From: Paecilomyces variotii
Lineage: Eukaryota
Assembly: GCA_004022145.1 (NCBI GenBank)
Contig: RCNU01000015.1
DNA: 64,000 bases
Direction: 5' to 3' (one strand)
The notes beneath the pieces were generated by a model. The model saw only the letters and a program-made list of their open reading frames with translations. It was not told where the DNA came from and did no database searches. Below are positions 26,097 through 39,069 of the stretch, piece after piece (position 1 is the stretch's first letter; the number at the start of each line of letters is the position of its first letter). The position numbers were made by a program, and so were the translations under genes.

Positions 26097-29000
26097 ATGT
26101 CCTCAGTGAGTCCCCGGAAGTCGACCGACAGCCTGGCTTCTGCCACCTCGATACCCTCTTTATCGCAGTTTTCGTTCACGCAAAATGAGTCGCCTCGAGT
26201 CCCTCCTTCTCAGCGATTCTCCCCGAGGAGAGGGTCGACTGCAAGTTCGATTGTCAGCATCGGTGGCATACTGGACCCGTCCCAGCATCATGCGTCGATA
26301 GCGGAGTCCGGGCAGAACGGTGCGTCTGGACATACTTCCTTCATTCGCAAGGAAAAGTGAACTGACATATATGCAGCAATATCGACTCTCCTTCAGCCTC
26401 CCATTGTGCGCACTGGGCTTGTCCCCCACACGGCCGTGTCCTCTACGGGTTACCGGCCACCGACCACTCGCGATATACCACCAGTGACCCTGACGAACGT
26501 TCCCCATGTGGAATCGAAAGCGTTTCAGCCGTACTTATCTCAGGTCGGATCCCTGTATGATACTTTCCAACGAGCCAAGGAAGGCGGTGACGATGGCGAC
26601 TCCCAGCTGGTTCGGGGGCAGTCCAAGGCCGGGTTGCGGACGGACGACCTGGAGCCCCCAAGTCGAAGAGGGATGGAACGGCGATATTCTACACTGTCGA
26701 TAAGCTCTCGTGCATCTTCTATCGATCCCTCCGGAAGGAAACCTTCGTTTAGCGGACGTTCTCGAGGCCAGGGAGTTACCCCTTTGTCGACAATTCCGAC
26801 TGTTTATTTCGACGAGCAATTTCATCTCGAGAATCCGCGCACGTTCGACGTGGTGTCTGAGCGGTCTGAGGTCATACAAGGAGCATCGAAGGCGTCAGGT
26901 AAGGACGAAAAAGCGACCAATGGGAGATTACTTGAACCAGTCCAGACCGGTAGAAAAGCCTTAGCCACGAACGCAATTTTGCAGGAGAAGTTATCATGGT
27001 ATATGGATACAGTCGAGATACACCTTATTTCGTCCATCTCTACAGCTTCAAAGTCTTTCTTTACCGCTCTTGGCTCGCTGCGCGAGCTGCACTCCGAAGC
27101 CGCAGACTCCGTCAAAAGGATACAGATTCTGCGGAAAGATCTGAACAAGATCGACAAGGAGATGGCTCTAGGAGGACTTAAAGTAGTGAATTTGCGTCGT
27201 CGCAGGGAAAATGTACGGAGACTGGGTGACGCCGTTGCTCAACTACGACAGATCGTTGAGTCTGTGTCCAGGTGTGAAGAAATGGTGGAAAGAGGCGACA
27301 TCGAAGAAGCTACAGAGGGCCTTGATGAGGTCGAGAGACTGATGGCCGGAGAACAGCCTGCGAACCTTCTCAATGAGGGCGATCAGACCCAAGAGCGCCC
27401 AAGCAGGACAGTTGATCTACGGGGCATTAAAGCCTTGCAGGGAGCTTCGGAGGATCTTGCACAGTTGCGTTACCGTATTGGAATGGGCTATGAGAGCCGG
27501 TTCCTTGATGATTTGCTAGGGGATCTGCGACGTCATGTGGAAAACGTGCCACCAGAGGTGACCTTACAACGATGGGGTATGTCTTTGCAAAGGGCTCGTG
27601 GAGCACAAAGAGGCGGTGTTGTATCTGGTGTCCCTGCCTACATGAACTTCGACGACCCGATGAGGCTTAGGTTGCTCTCGGAACTCACTGGTCTCGGCCG
27701 AGCCCATCACATAATGCCTGCAGCAACCGCTTTCAAGGCCGGCGTCCTGCGTGAGATGAAAGGCTTAATTCGGAGACATTTGCCTAGCTCTAGTGACGAT
27801 GACAACGAATCCGTGATGTCGGCTTCTACGATCGGTGGACGCCAATTGAGCCAGCAGGAGAAGTCATCGATTCTTGCTCGGAATCTCAGAGCCCTCGATG
27901 CAGAGGATGCCCAGAAAATGCTCAGCCGCATATATACTGGTGTCAGCGAGTCGCTCAGAAGGCTCAGCGTCCAAGTAAAGGTGTTACTTGACATCACAAG
28001 CGGTCTAGGAACGCAGTCTCCTGGCGGGGGCGTTAAATCACCTCCTAGAAGTCCAAACATGCAAAGCATTGACAAAACCCTTACGTCTACACCTGATGGT
28101 AGAGTTACAGCAGCTCTTGTCCAGGAGGAGATATTGCAGGTTTTGGACATGTCCAGTCTTCTCGGGCAAGCCGTGGATATTGTTCAATCCCAGATTACGA
28201 AGGTGTTGAAAGTGCGATCTGAGCAGACCTCGCACCTTTCTTTGGAAGACTTCCTGAGGTACTTCACGCTGAATCGGCTTTTTGCAGATGAGTGTGAAGC
28301 CATCTCCGGCCGAAGTGGCACTGCTCTGAAAACAGTTGTGGACAACCAGATCAGGGACTTCATCTCTCGATTTGGAGACCGCCAAAGACATCGGATCGTC
28401 GAAGTCATGGATGCCGACAAATGGGATGCCAAAGATTTCGGTGACGCTGAAAATGTAATTCTTTCTCGGATACTGGATGCAAGCACGAAAGACATCGACG
28501 CGTGGTTGGACACCTGCAAGATCTGGCTGCAAAACGATAAGAACCACGATGAGACTCCTACGTCAAATGGGACGTCAGCGAATGGTACGGGGAAGGACAA
28601 GGTCCGCACTGCAGTGGTTGACGAGCAAAAGTACATCCTTCCAGAGTCTGCAATGGCAATAATGAGGAGCATCGAGGAGTTCCAACACCTTCTGTCGAAT
28701 ATACCCAGCATGGCGCAAGAAATAGCGTCCAACCTCCTGGAATGCTTGAAACTGTTCAACTCACGTTCCTCACAACTTATCCTTGGCGCTGGGGCCACAA
28801 GAAGTGCCGGCCTGAAGAATATTACCACCAAACATCTGGCCCTGTCCTCGCAAGCGCTGAGTTTCATCATTGCACTGATCCCGTATATACGTGAATTTGT
28901 CCGGAGATACTCGAATTCGAGCCCTCTGATCGCAGAATTTGACAAAGTCAAGAGGCTTTGCCAGGAACACCAGTCAGGCATTCATGAGAAACTGGTCGAC

Positions 29001-29522
29001 ATCATGAGTTCTCGGGCTGCCGCTCACGTGGAATCCATGAAGAAGATCGATTGGGATAGGCAGCCAAATACTGGCGCAGTGAGTCCCTACATGGAGATCC
29101 TTGTCAAGGAGACAGGAACTCTGCAGCGAGTCCTAGCAAAACATCTTCCAGAGACCACGGTCATGATGATCATGAATCCTGTATTTAAGAGTTACAAGGA
29201 GCAATGGTCTAAAGCATTCCAGGAGGCCGTTGTTAAGACGGAGGCAGGAAGACAAAGGTACGTCTGCTGAAAACAATTCCCAATTGATATCACTAACAGG
29301 GGCGGCAGGATGCAATCGGATGTCGACTTCTTCAAGTCCAAGCTTAGCAAGCTGAACGGTTCTGGCGATCTAGGTGAACATCTTGTGCAGCTGGTCGGGG
29401 CAAAAACCATTACCCCTGAGCCGAACGGCAAAGCTATCTCCCCAAGACCGTCTTCACAGTCGCCTCCGGCCCCAGGTGATAGCAGTCCTGAAAAGAAGTC
29501 ACAAGATTCATCCAAATCGTGA
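26097..29522 (+). CDS. VPS54: GARP complex subunit Vps54
   Basis: LSTIPTVYFDEQFHLENPRTFDVV, LQEKLSWYMDTVEIHLISSIS, FNSRSSQLILGAGA, GLKNITTKHLALSSQAL; introns near 26320-26377 and 29258-29308. Confidence 0.93.
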
Positions 29523-30281
29523 TCTTCTCGAGAAGACCAGTTTATTCTCTGTCAATACATCCTTGCAGACAGAGCCTTTGACCTTCTCTGTGAATTCTTA
29601 GCTCATTCGGAAATGAATTGTATCTCGGGGCATCGTATAGGAGTCTTCAGCAATTAGATGATCTCTTTTATTTTGGGTAGATGTCTATATTCCCCTTACG
29701 CTTGTTGACTTTATCCTGTATTTTCCACTTGGAGCTTGATTCACCCTGTTTCTTCTGTGTTTTCGAGTCATATGTCTTTTGTTGGTGCTTACCATTGTTA
29801 GAGAGAATACCATATTCTGTTTTCATGCAGCCTGGACCTTAGCCAAGTTGGAGTGTCTACCCTGGAGCATATAATAACCATTTGGCGGTATCTACCAGCA
29901 AAATAATATCTGCTCATGGAGCGGCGGCCTCCGCAGGGTCATGCCCTTATGATACGGAGGTGGCGATTTTGTTTCTGGCCTACTGGTCGCGTCCCCTTCT
30001 CCTTTTTAGACGCGTCACGAATATCATCAGGCGTCTTTGTTTGGCACCTTTCTCCATGCAGTGATCTGTCCTCCTCAGACACCTCTTAAATCCTACAGTC
30101 TTGCCCCCTCCACACCTGGAGATACTGTCTCACGTCTATGCACTATCCTGCGACACTGGTTCTGTCTTGCCATTTGTTCTGAGAAGCAGACAAAGCAAGC
30201 AGGTCCAGCAGTGGCTACTCCTTTCATCTCATTGCAACATCAAGCACCTCGACTATCGGACATCTCCTATTAGTCGTCAAA

Positions 30282-32168
30282 ATGCCTCTCTACATGGGCG
30301 GCTGGATACCCTACCCGCATCGTGTTCAACTAGACGGTCTACAGGCTCTGAACGCTGTGAAGCTTGCGCCTAAGCTTCTCCAACACCCGGACATGAGCTC
30401 GTCTGATATCTACAAGATCCAGGACGGAGTACGGAACTGTGACAACTTTCTGAAGTACCCTAAGGGTATGACGCTGCAGTCGTACAGCAAGTTGTCTAAA
30501 TTCTTGACTTCTTATGTCAACCAGCGAGTCCTCTGGTGCCATGGAGACCGTCAGAACCTTGTAGCGAGCGCAGTGCCAGCGGTGTACGAGCTGTCGAAGA
30601 TTGACAAGTCGAAGCTCCCGGAGGATCTCCGCCTTGCTTTGGAAAGACTCACCGATTATGGTGACTTCTATGAAGAAGTCATAGAACTACTGAGTTGCAA
30701 TTTGTGCTTCGGCGAAATGCTGCATAACCAGATTGACCCACGCACTCAGCGCAGGTTTACCTGGACGGACATTTCGAAGGACCTGAAGCTATACCATGAG
30801 TCTCAAAACGGCGCTGACCATCTTCGCGACACCCCACACTTCGATCTGATATGCAAGGTTTCAGAAAGCATTCGTGAAGCAGCTCAAGCCATGGGTGCTC
30901 CCAAGGGTGCCGTCGAATGGCAACTCACACATTATGCCATCTATCAGGAACACCCCCTGGGGCCGAAGAGACTTCTGCGGACCGGAAACTGGCCTGGTCT
31001 TGCAAAGGAGCTCACGGCTTCGCTCCGGGCCTTGGGGGGTCTATGGAGAGGCCCATTCGAAGTCGATTGTCTCCAACGCAACGCAGCACGTGTGATGATC
31101 ATAGTTCTGAGACTCATCGAACAACATTGGTTCAGCAATATCTTTCAGGATGGAAACAGACCTCTCTTTTTTCTCCTGGCAGACAGGGCCGGAGAGCTGA
31201 GCCGTCAGATAGCGGATACCGGAAGCTACCGTCCCCGTGAGGACAGACGCAGTGTCCCAATGTTCAACCCAGCCGATTTGAATGACGCTCTCTGTGCTAG
31301 GGTGAAAATACGTGACTACTCCCTGACCTGGGACAGTTCCGCATTCATATTGACCTACGAGGGTATGGACATTCGCCCTCTTGATGGAGAGACCTGGCCG
31401 CAGGAACTCGATGGCTATGGTCTTATGTCCTTTCTCAAGGTTCAGCCTTCGCGCGCCCAGGCTATCATGAAATTGTGGGAGACCGTGAAAGCAATCAACA
31501 GCAGGCTTGCGGTAGCGCTTCCTCTCGAGGAATGGGTCCTTGAAAAGATCAAACACGATCTTGAATTCACCATGATTTCTGCCCTTCGGTCCCCGTCGTT
31601 CTACACGAACAAATTTCTCGAGAAAGTCCTTCAGGTTGCCGGTCTCGACGACCACGATATGGTCAAACTTGGCTTCTCCTCCTTGGCGAACCGCGGAATT
31701 GTATGTCTGACGACTCACGACGGCATCGCCGCCATTGGCGAAGAGCTGCCTGAACACCGGAAGAGCTCTGTTGCCGTGATCGCGAACCAGCTCGCTTCAG
31801 GGTACGTGCCGGGTAACATGGACTATATCCTCCTCACCCCGCAGATCGAGCACTGCACTATCCCGAGCGAAAACCCCTGCGCGGTCATCATCATCGAGGC
31901 GATGGACCGTGCTGCCAATCAGGCAATCAAGGCCGCCGACGAAGAGCTTGACGAGATGACAGAGGTCCGGGTTCGCCGCGCGTGGATAGATCTCAACCTT
32001 GCACTGAGACATGTCCTCAATGAAGATGGACCCATTGACTACGACGAGAAACTCTGCAAAGAAATTGTCATCAACGCTGGAAAGACGAACATTGAACTTT
32101 ACATGTGTCATTTCGTGCGCCACCCTACCTTTGGACTTCTTCGTCGAGGACAACTTCCTGGGTTCTAG
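30282..32168 (+). CDS. Hypothetical protein, 628 aa, intronless, no recognised domain
   Basis: Long uninterrupted ORF with good start context (CAAAATG) and ordinary globular amino-acid composition. Confidence 0.75.
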   Translation: MPLYMGGWIPYPHRVQLDGLQALNAVKLAPKLLQHPDMSSSDIYKIQDGVRNCDNFLKYPKGMTLQSYSKLSKFLTSYVNQRVLWCHGDRQNLVASAVPAVYELSKIDKSKLPEDLRLALERLTDYGDFYEEVIELLSCNLCFGEMLHNQIDPRTQRRFTWTDISKDLKLYHESQNGADHLRDTPHFDLICKVSESIREAAQAMGAPKGAVEWQLTHYAIYQEHPLGPKRLLRTGNWPGLAKELTASLRALGGLWRGPFEVDCLQRNAARVMIIVLRLIEQHWFSNIFQDGNRPLFFLLADRAGELSRQIADTGSYRPREDRRSVPMFNPADLNDALCARVKIRDYSLTWDSSAFILTYEGMDIRPLDGETWPQELDGYGLMSFLKVQPSRAQAIMKLWETVKAINSRLAVALPLEEWVLEKIKHDLEFTMISALRSPSFYTNKFLEKVLQVAGLDDHDMVKLGFSSLANRGIVCLTTHDGIAAIGEELPEHRKSSVAVIANQLASGYVPGNMDYILLTPQIEHCTIPSENPCAVIIIEAMDRAANQAIKAADEELDEMTEVRVRRAWIDLNLALRHVLNEDGPIDYDEKLCKEIVINAGKTNIELYMCHFVRHPTFGLLRRGQLPGF

Positions 32169-32727
32169 GTGCCCGGCCGAACACATCATCATTCAATTCA
32201 ATACAAAGAAGTCTTCGGAGTGGACAGCTAGGGAAATTTCATGTGGTTGTGGACATGATGAGATTGGCAGTTTTCTTTTCTTTTCTTTTACTTACAATTT
32301 TTCCACGGTCTCATAAGTAGGCGTCATGACTCCTATCATTTGGTAATTTCTGGGGAAGGGGCGGGGAGCATGACTACCTGGGTAATATTTTCTTGTCTAA
32401 ATGTACGAATACCCTTTTCAGAACATAGTATTATTATGATTATGTTTTTCTCTGTGCCTTTCCAGTGAGTAAGCATCCTACAAGTAATACTCTTGAAGGC
32501 CACCAGGGCTCTGTCCCTGCACGCTCAATCGGTAGAAAGAATCATCAGAACCGAAATATTTTTACCTGTAATTCATTTCATATCATCAAAACAACCTCTA
32601 GCTTTCATCACAAAGCCCAAGGCAACAACACTTCTCCATAATTTACTGATATTATTCCATCCCCCAGAACCACAAGTGTCAAACAAAAGCAAACGCCTCA
32701 AGTACAGTACAACCTCGCATAACAAAA

Positions 32728-33090
32728 TCACTTCCAAGGATCAGGCCCATCAGCCTTGTGAGCACCGAGTCCCTTCCTCTCGCCCAGAGTCTTAGGGTCA
32801 TGACCACCCTTTCCGCTTCCAGAGGGTGGGGTACCACGGCTACCTTGTCCGCTATGTAATCCGTCCTCGAAGTCACCGTCAGGGAACGGGGCGGGCTTGT
32901 TGGCGCGGGTGATGTTTTCGTTCTATTAGAATATATATTGTTGGTTGGGGGTTCTGGATTATGAATGAAACGATCAGAGGGGTGTGAGGTAACTTACTCC
33001 TTGGCTGAGTCCGTGTACTGCGTCGGTACCCTGCTCGATGGCGTTGTCGCTCTGGGGGATGCCGTTGTCGTAGTCTGCTCCGCGAGGCAT
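32728..33090 (-). CDS. Small (95 aa) Gly/Asp/Pro-rich hydrophilic protein, two exons
   Basis: Exon 1 33090-32998 MPRGADYDNGIPQSDNAIEQGTDAVHGLSQG; intron GTAAGT...TAATAG; exon 2 32922-32728 NENITRANKPAPFPDGDFEDGLHSGQGSRGTPPSGSGKGGHDPKTLGERKGLGAHKADGPDPWK*. C-ending codon bias and start context CATCATG. Missed by the ORF track. Confidence 0.8.
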
Positions 33091-34258
33091 GATGATCGAT
33101 TGATTGATTTGAGTGAAGTTTGTTAGATGTGTAGCTGGTTATTCTGAGAGAGAGAGACGGTTCGTAGACTTCGCACAGCTTTTTCTGTAGAGTAGAGTCG
33201 TGGACTATAGCTATAGATAGAGTAAGAATGGACTCTCCAAGTCCTTTAAGAAGCTGTTAATATATTAGTCTCTCAACGTGGAGCAAGGAGCAAGAAAGAC
33301 GTCTAAAGATGGCTCTCGAAGATGAATGACGTTTTCGAGACGTGAGCAGCGAATAAGAAGAAAACAAGACGGGTTCCTGAATGAAATGTTGAGTGCAGCG
33401 ACTCGCTGCGTTCGTGTTTGAGCACATCGTGAGGTCATCCCCATGGAGGCACTTTGCCTGTTTGGGATTGAGATCTGGTGGTTGTTAAATTTACAAAATG
33501 TGAATACGAGCGAGTGTCGATATTATTACGAGGTAACAAAGCAGTCATATTAATTATAGTACTATATTTGAGGACAGTCCTGTGGTGCAGTAGTAATAAT
33601 AGTTTGATCAGTAGCGCAAACCTCGGAAGCTGCATCCACTTCCCGATTCGGCATCTCCCGAACTTTATGCACAAACTAACTGCTGGTACAGACTTAGCAA
33701 TCGCGCACGAGAATGTGTTTGTCTACTAGTTACAACTTCATAGAGTATGAAAACAGGAGGAGCAGATATATCATAGACATAATGCAAGTTGGTTCTTGGC
33801 GCGCTCGTTTGGCTGCTTAGACACCTAGGTACCTAACTACAAAGGGACATCTTGTAACTACGGCTCAGGGCAATAGGAGCTAGTCTGCAATCATATATCA
33901 ATTGCTCTGTCAAACTGAATTGGAAGTATCAAGCGCCAAAGGAAACAAGCAGTGGTCTCTGACGAAAGGGAGACAGACCATTTACTCATCTTACGCGGAG
34001 AATAAGAAACCACAAACCCAGATCCAGATGTAGTATCAAATCAAGCTGAGATGGCTTTATAGCAAACATGGGTTATCGATGTCTCCTCAGTATAGGATGT
34101 TCTTTCAAGAAGACTATAAAGAGTTCTTGCCTTTCTGCGAGAAACTGGTGCTCCTTCTGCGTTAGCAATTCACTGCAACTTTCTGAGCTGCGTTGAATAC
34201 GACCTGATTAGCAGCCTGATACCTTACCGCTCAAGAACCCGTCAAGGGCAGACTCACT

Positions 34259-34759
34259 ATGTCCCAGTCAGGCAAGGAAGGAGAGAATTTGCCTGGCACG
34301 CCTTTCTTTGGAAGAGGGAATGAAGACTGGGAGTTGCAGTTCAGAAATCAAGTGGAAGCCCTGACCATTAACCAGCGGGACCAAGGTCAGAATCAAGGCC
34401 AGGGACATACCACAGTTATTTCGCGACCTGAATCAGACATTCGAGTCTTGCATCCAGTGTCGACATGGTCTTTCCCAATACAGCGACCGCCTTCCTTCTC
34501 GTGCGCGAGAGCAGGGAACCCTCGCAATATCACCGAAGGCGTCTGGATAGATAATGAGAGTCGAGCACGGATCGCCCCCAATCTTCACTCTCCTACGCAT
34601 ATTGGGCCATCACCGCTAGGAAACAGTTCTGACAACGTGAGAGGTGATGAGGATATGGAAATGCTGGCATCGATGATGGCAGCTGCGTTTCATGAGCAGC
34701 AGGATGCCACGAATGTCACAGGACCGTCCCAACGGGATATTGGCACACAAGCTCGTTGA
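34259..34759 (+). CDS. Hypothetical protein, 166 aa, probably disordered
   Basis: ATG-initiated ORF in an otherwise AT-richer intergenic region, TATAAA ~140 bp upstream; no motif recognised. Confidence 0.35.
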   Translation: MSQSGKEGENLPGTPFFGRGNEDWELQFRNQVEALTINQRDQGQNQGQGHTTVISRPESDIRVLHPVSTWSFPIQRPPSFSCARAGNPRNITEGVWIDNESRARIAPNLHSPTHIGPSPLGNSSDNVRGDEDMEMLASMMAAAFHEQQDATNVTGPSQRDIGTQAR

Positions 34760-35396
34760 CAGACCTATGGAAGTGGAAATTCGACAGCAGATGCTGATAG
34801 AAGATGTTCAGGCAGCTTAGGTCATAGATGTGGGAACTAAGGAAGGATCTGGTACTTACGGAAGGGGCTCTTCCAAGGAGTACTATCTTGTGAAATCGAT
34901 ATTTGCGTTGCCTTGTACCACTAGTATTAATTTTAATCAGTGTCTGTTCTCTTTATGTATTCACAGAATGTATTCTCCAATGGTGTCCAGATAATATGGA
35001 GGAATACATTCTGAGGATACAGGGAGCACAAGGATCTAATATGTAAATCTTTCAATGGAGGACAGAGAAGCCTTGAGGTCTCTGCAGATGTATGGTTAGT
35101 TTGCAACGAAGAGATGTTTGATATTAGAATCCTGGCAGTTGTGCTACAATAGCATTAGTTTGAAATATGGACACTGACTGACCCCCCAGTTATGGGACTT
35201 GCCGCTACATCCCTCAGGCTAGCCTCACCGACGCACGCGGTTTTCTTCTTCTTTGTTCCATCACTTAGCACACAAGACGCGTCGAGAACCCCAAGAAGAT
35301 CAACCGACAGTTCCTTTACAGAAGACCATCTCGTTTCTCTGCGTTGATCTCATGTAACTCGAATCTGGAATATCAGCGCGTCCGACTCTACCAAAT

Positions 35397-36579
35397 ATGA
35401 CACTCAGTCCTAGAGGTCGACTCGACCAGCTTCCAGCTGAGCTGCTTCACAAAATAGTCCGTTATCTCGACTTTTTGTCCTTGAGAGATCTGTCCAGCAC
35501 CAACAGGACCCTGCGAGATGTCGCTATCCCACGTCTTTTCGAATGCATTTCTGTGCCTTTCTCGGCCTCTGGCCTTGACATCCTGAAGGAGGTTGCCACT
35601 TCTCTTTTAGTGAAGGTGGTAAAGTCATTACAATTCAGGGTCCTTCCTCGTCTAAAAAATGGTATAGGTGTCCATAAGCCTACCTTGGTATCACTCGCTG
35701 ATCTGTCTAGTCTGTGCCAGGTATAAAGTGAGAACCTCACCAATGGAAAGAATCTACTCTCGGGAGACACACATTTTTTACGAAGAAAATGGATGGCTGC
35801 CTCAGAACACTACATATGAGAACGTTATTGAACGTATGAGCACGATCTGCGAAGAACAAGCAAAACTTATAGGGAACGACAGTGAGTTGTCATCATTAGT
35901 GACCGTTCTGCAACAGTTTTCGGCTGTCGAAGAATTGGACATGCGCTGGGGTACCTTCCCCGCGGACACCTGTGGGCTTGGTACTGTTCTCAAACTGTGT
36001 ATCGAGAAGCATGACTCGTGCTTCGAGCGGTTCATGGAAGTGGCTTCTAGGACGATTGGCCTTCGCTTGAAAGCAAATCCAATTACTTCCCTACAGGTTT
36101 CCGCTTGTCGAATGCTCCCTGGGTACGACTTTTCATGCCCAGTACGATATTTACAAGAGGCCTTTGCTTCAATTAGGAGTCTTCACATTCGGGCCCATGA
36201 TAGACTCCTTCACCTGCTGGCGTGTCAGGTAGATATGTCTGGGCTGAAATGTCTCAAGGTAACATTTGAAGCCCTTGCACTGGATATACTCGGCAAATTG
36301 TGCAAAAGGGCGGGAAAGACACTTGCCGTTTTACATATTCAGACCAATTTCCTCTGCTACAACGGACGCCGTTACGGAGGAACACCACCGTCTATTGTCT
36401 ACCACGGCCTGGACCGCCAAATAGTGATCTTTTTACACACGCTCGGGCAAGATATGTCTCTGGGAGAAGTGAGTGTTCGGATTGGAGGATACACAGAAGA
36501 ATACATGAGGCTGCTTGAATCTGTTCTTCGCAGAGAAGTTTCGGTATCTGATTGCGAGCCGTTCATCGAGGATCGGTGA
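35397..36579 (+). CDS. F-box domain protein with LRR-like C-terminal region
   Basis: N-terminal LDQLPAELLHKIVRYLDFLSLRDLSSTNRTLR matches the F-box pattern. Intron 35662-35710 joins the 35397 ORF to the 35668-36579 frame. LxxLxL-like repeats (ITSLQV, IRSLHI, LKCLKV, LAVLHI). Confidence 0.75.
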
Positions 36580-37262
36580 GGAAAGTGAAATGAAAGGGAC
36601 CTACGATGCAGAAGAAATAGCGCACCTGCTGAATAGATCCTTGCCTGGTTCCCACCTTGTTACTTTTGAAGATGTGTATTATTTATCAAATTGAGAACAG
36701 ACTCTACTTTTCTAATGACCCTGGTATTATTTTAGCCTGCTGGTGTGTAGAGTAAGAATTTTTTCGCGGATTAATGCTCTATATTGCCGGTGTATTTCTG
36801 GCATAGGCCCAATCTAACGACGAGGCGCTCGTCGAATCATTGTCAAAATAGACCATCACTATTAATTCGCTTATCAAAGTTCTATAGCTACTCTAAGCCT
36901 CTAGGACATCTACTTTATGGGTCTTTTTTGTTTAAAACTAAACCAAAATGATAGTTCCGTTTTGAAGCAAGCGGGAAGCTTACTCAATTACCAACTATAC
37001 GGGTCAAACCAGAGAGCATGGATGACTTTATATACCTTCCACAAGCTTCAACAGAGGCCAGGGCAGTATACAAATCAATCAATGAATTATGAAGCAGACC
37101 TACAATGTGCGCACGAAATGAGTCTAATAGCTGCCATATGCCAAGACTTAGTGATAATGGTCTTTGAGATCAGTACCAAATAGTCTGAATCTTCCATATC
37201 CGAATATAAGCGATGCATACCATAGACGATACTAGCACTAACAGGAGATGGAAATCAAGAGC

Positions 37263-39069
37263 TCACTCGGGCCCAATCGATTTCAATTGGACATATAAAC
37301 CATTAGCCGGCTTAATTGTGACTGCACCCGAAGGCACGACCCGATCCTCAGGCATGGCGAGCGTCCACTCGAACTGGCCAACCATGGCAGCAATCAGACA
37401 ACGCAACTCTGCCCTGGAGAAATTTTGGCCGATGCAGCCCCGGGGCCCGCGCAGAAAAGTCAGACTGCCGGAATTCCCAGCGGCGGTTCCAGCGTTTGAT
37501 ATTGGTCGCTTCCCACCAGGACTGATCCAGCGATCTGGCCGAAAGTCGCTGGCATCGGCTCCCCAGAATTCTGGGGACCGATTGATCAGCCACGGCGGTA
37601 TCAAGATCCATGTGCCCTTGGGGATTGGACGACTGCAGAGATGCGTATCAACGGCAGCGACGCGCAGTAGTATCGGTGCGGCCGGGTAGAGTCGTAATGC
37701 TTCCTCTACAACACCATGGAGGATGGGGAGGCTTTCGAGGATGGAGCCAAGATCCTTGTGTTGGATCGACACAGAGGAGGAACTGTTCAAATGAGAGGAG
37801 AGTGCCTGGCGAACCTCTTCACGTAGGGCTGTCTGCCAATTGGGATGGGTGGCCAGGAGGTAGCATGCCCAAGTAAATGCCAAAGACGTGGTTTCGTGAC
37901 TGGAGAGGGGAGTTTATAATCAGATAACAGTTCTTGGGACAGGGAGTCGGCTCAGCTCAACTGTCCCGTTCTTTGGCACTTGAGAGTGATAGCTAAATCA
38001 CGACAATGTATGATCAAGAAGCAACTTACCCAGCAACCAAGTACGTGAGCAGTTGGTCCACGAGTTCCGAGTCAGAGAAATTATCTGACCGAATGAGTAA
38101 AGAGAGAATGTCGAAATTGTCGTCCCCTTTCCCAACGATAGCTTCGCGTTTCTCCCGGACCAGATCCTCTGCAATGCGTCTAATCGACTCGATATTCTCC
38201 CTGAAGGTCACATTGAGACTCCAGAAAGGCAAGCGTTGAACCATTTGGTAGGAAAAGCTTGAGCACAGGAAGGCGTACACTATCTTTTCTAACGATGGCT
38301 CAGAGATATATTCATAAGCCTTGAAGAGCTTATCATCTGAGTTCTTGAGCATATTGAATTCACGACCGAGACCAGCAATGCCGATGACGTCTAGAGACGC
38401 CCTGGTTGCCCAAGGACAAATGTCTACTGTGCCCATCGAATCGGCGGCTGTTGACTGTTGTTGAACTTCATCTCTCAATAAGCGGGTGAGGGTTAGTGCC
38501 TTAGTCCACATCATGGGGTAGAGGTCCTGGAGAGCCCGTGAGCTAAAAGCCGGTCGTGTATTCTTGCGAATGAACTTGTGTCGTTCACCTTCGGCGAAGA
38601 ATTGTCCATTCTCCCCCAGAATGAGACCAAGAAATTTGCGGACGACTGGGGGCTTGATGAAATCGTAAGGGTGATCGGTAAGCACCTCAGCTATGGAATC
38701 AGGCTTGGTTAGAAGAAGCTGCGTTTTTCCTAGACCTCGCAGGGCTATAACGCTGTCGTTGGAAAACCTCTTCGCTATGGTCACATATCTTTCAGCCGGT
38801 ATGACTGTAGTCGTAAGTCGGAACCAGAGCAACTTCAAACCATTCACGCTCGAAGGACCTGGAAAGCTGCGCAATGGGTCGACGAAGACTGGGTATATCA
38901 TCAGACGGTATATCAGCCAGGTCGTATAGTTCACGGCAAAGATGAGGATTATAATGGATGAAAGCGACATCTTTCGGATGATGTCTGGAAGATAGCTGGA
39001 TAGGGCTCCCCTGGCCACAAGCAGCACCTCAAGCACCGCGGCAAACGTAAAGACCTGTAGTGCCACCAT
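37263..39069 (-). CDS. Cytochrome P450 monooxygenase (558 aa)
   Basis: N-terminal membrane anchor; I-helix AGHETT formed across intron 38029-37900; EALR (ExxR), FRPDRW and heme-ligand motif FLRGPRGCIG. Confidence 0.95.

Noticed and set aside
37936-37967. GGGACAG...CTGTCCC hairpin in the P450 intron
   Set aside because: Only a 7-bp stem, with no snoRNA boxes or other support.
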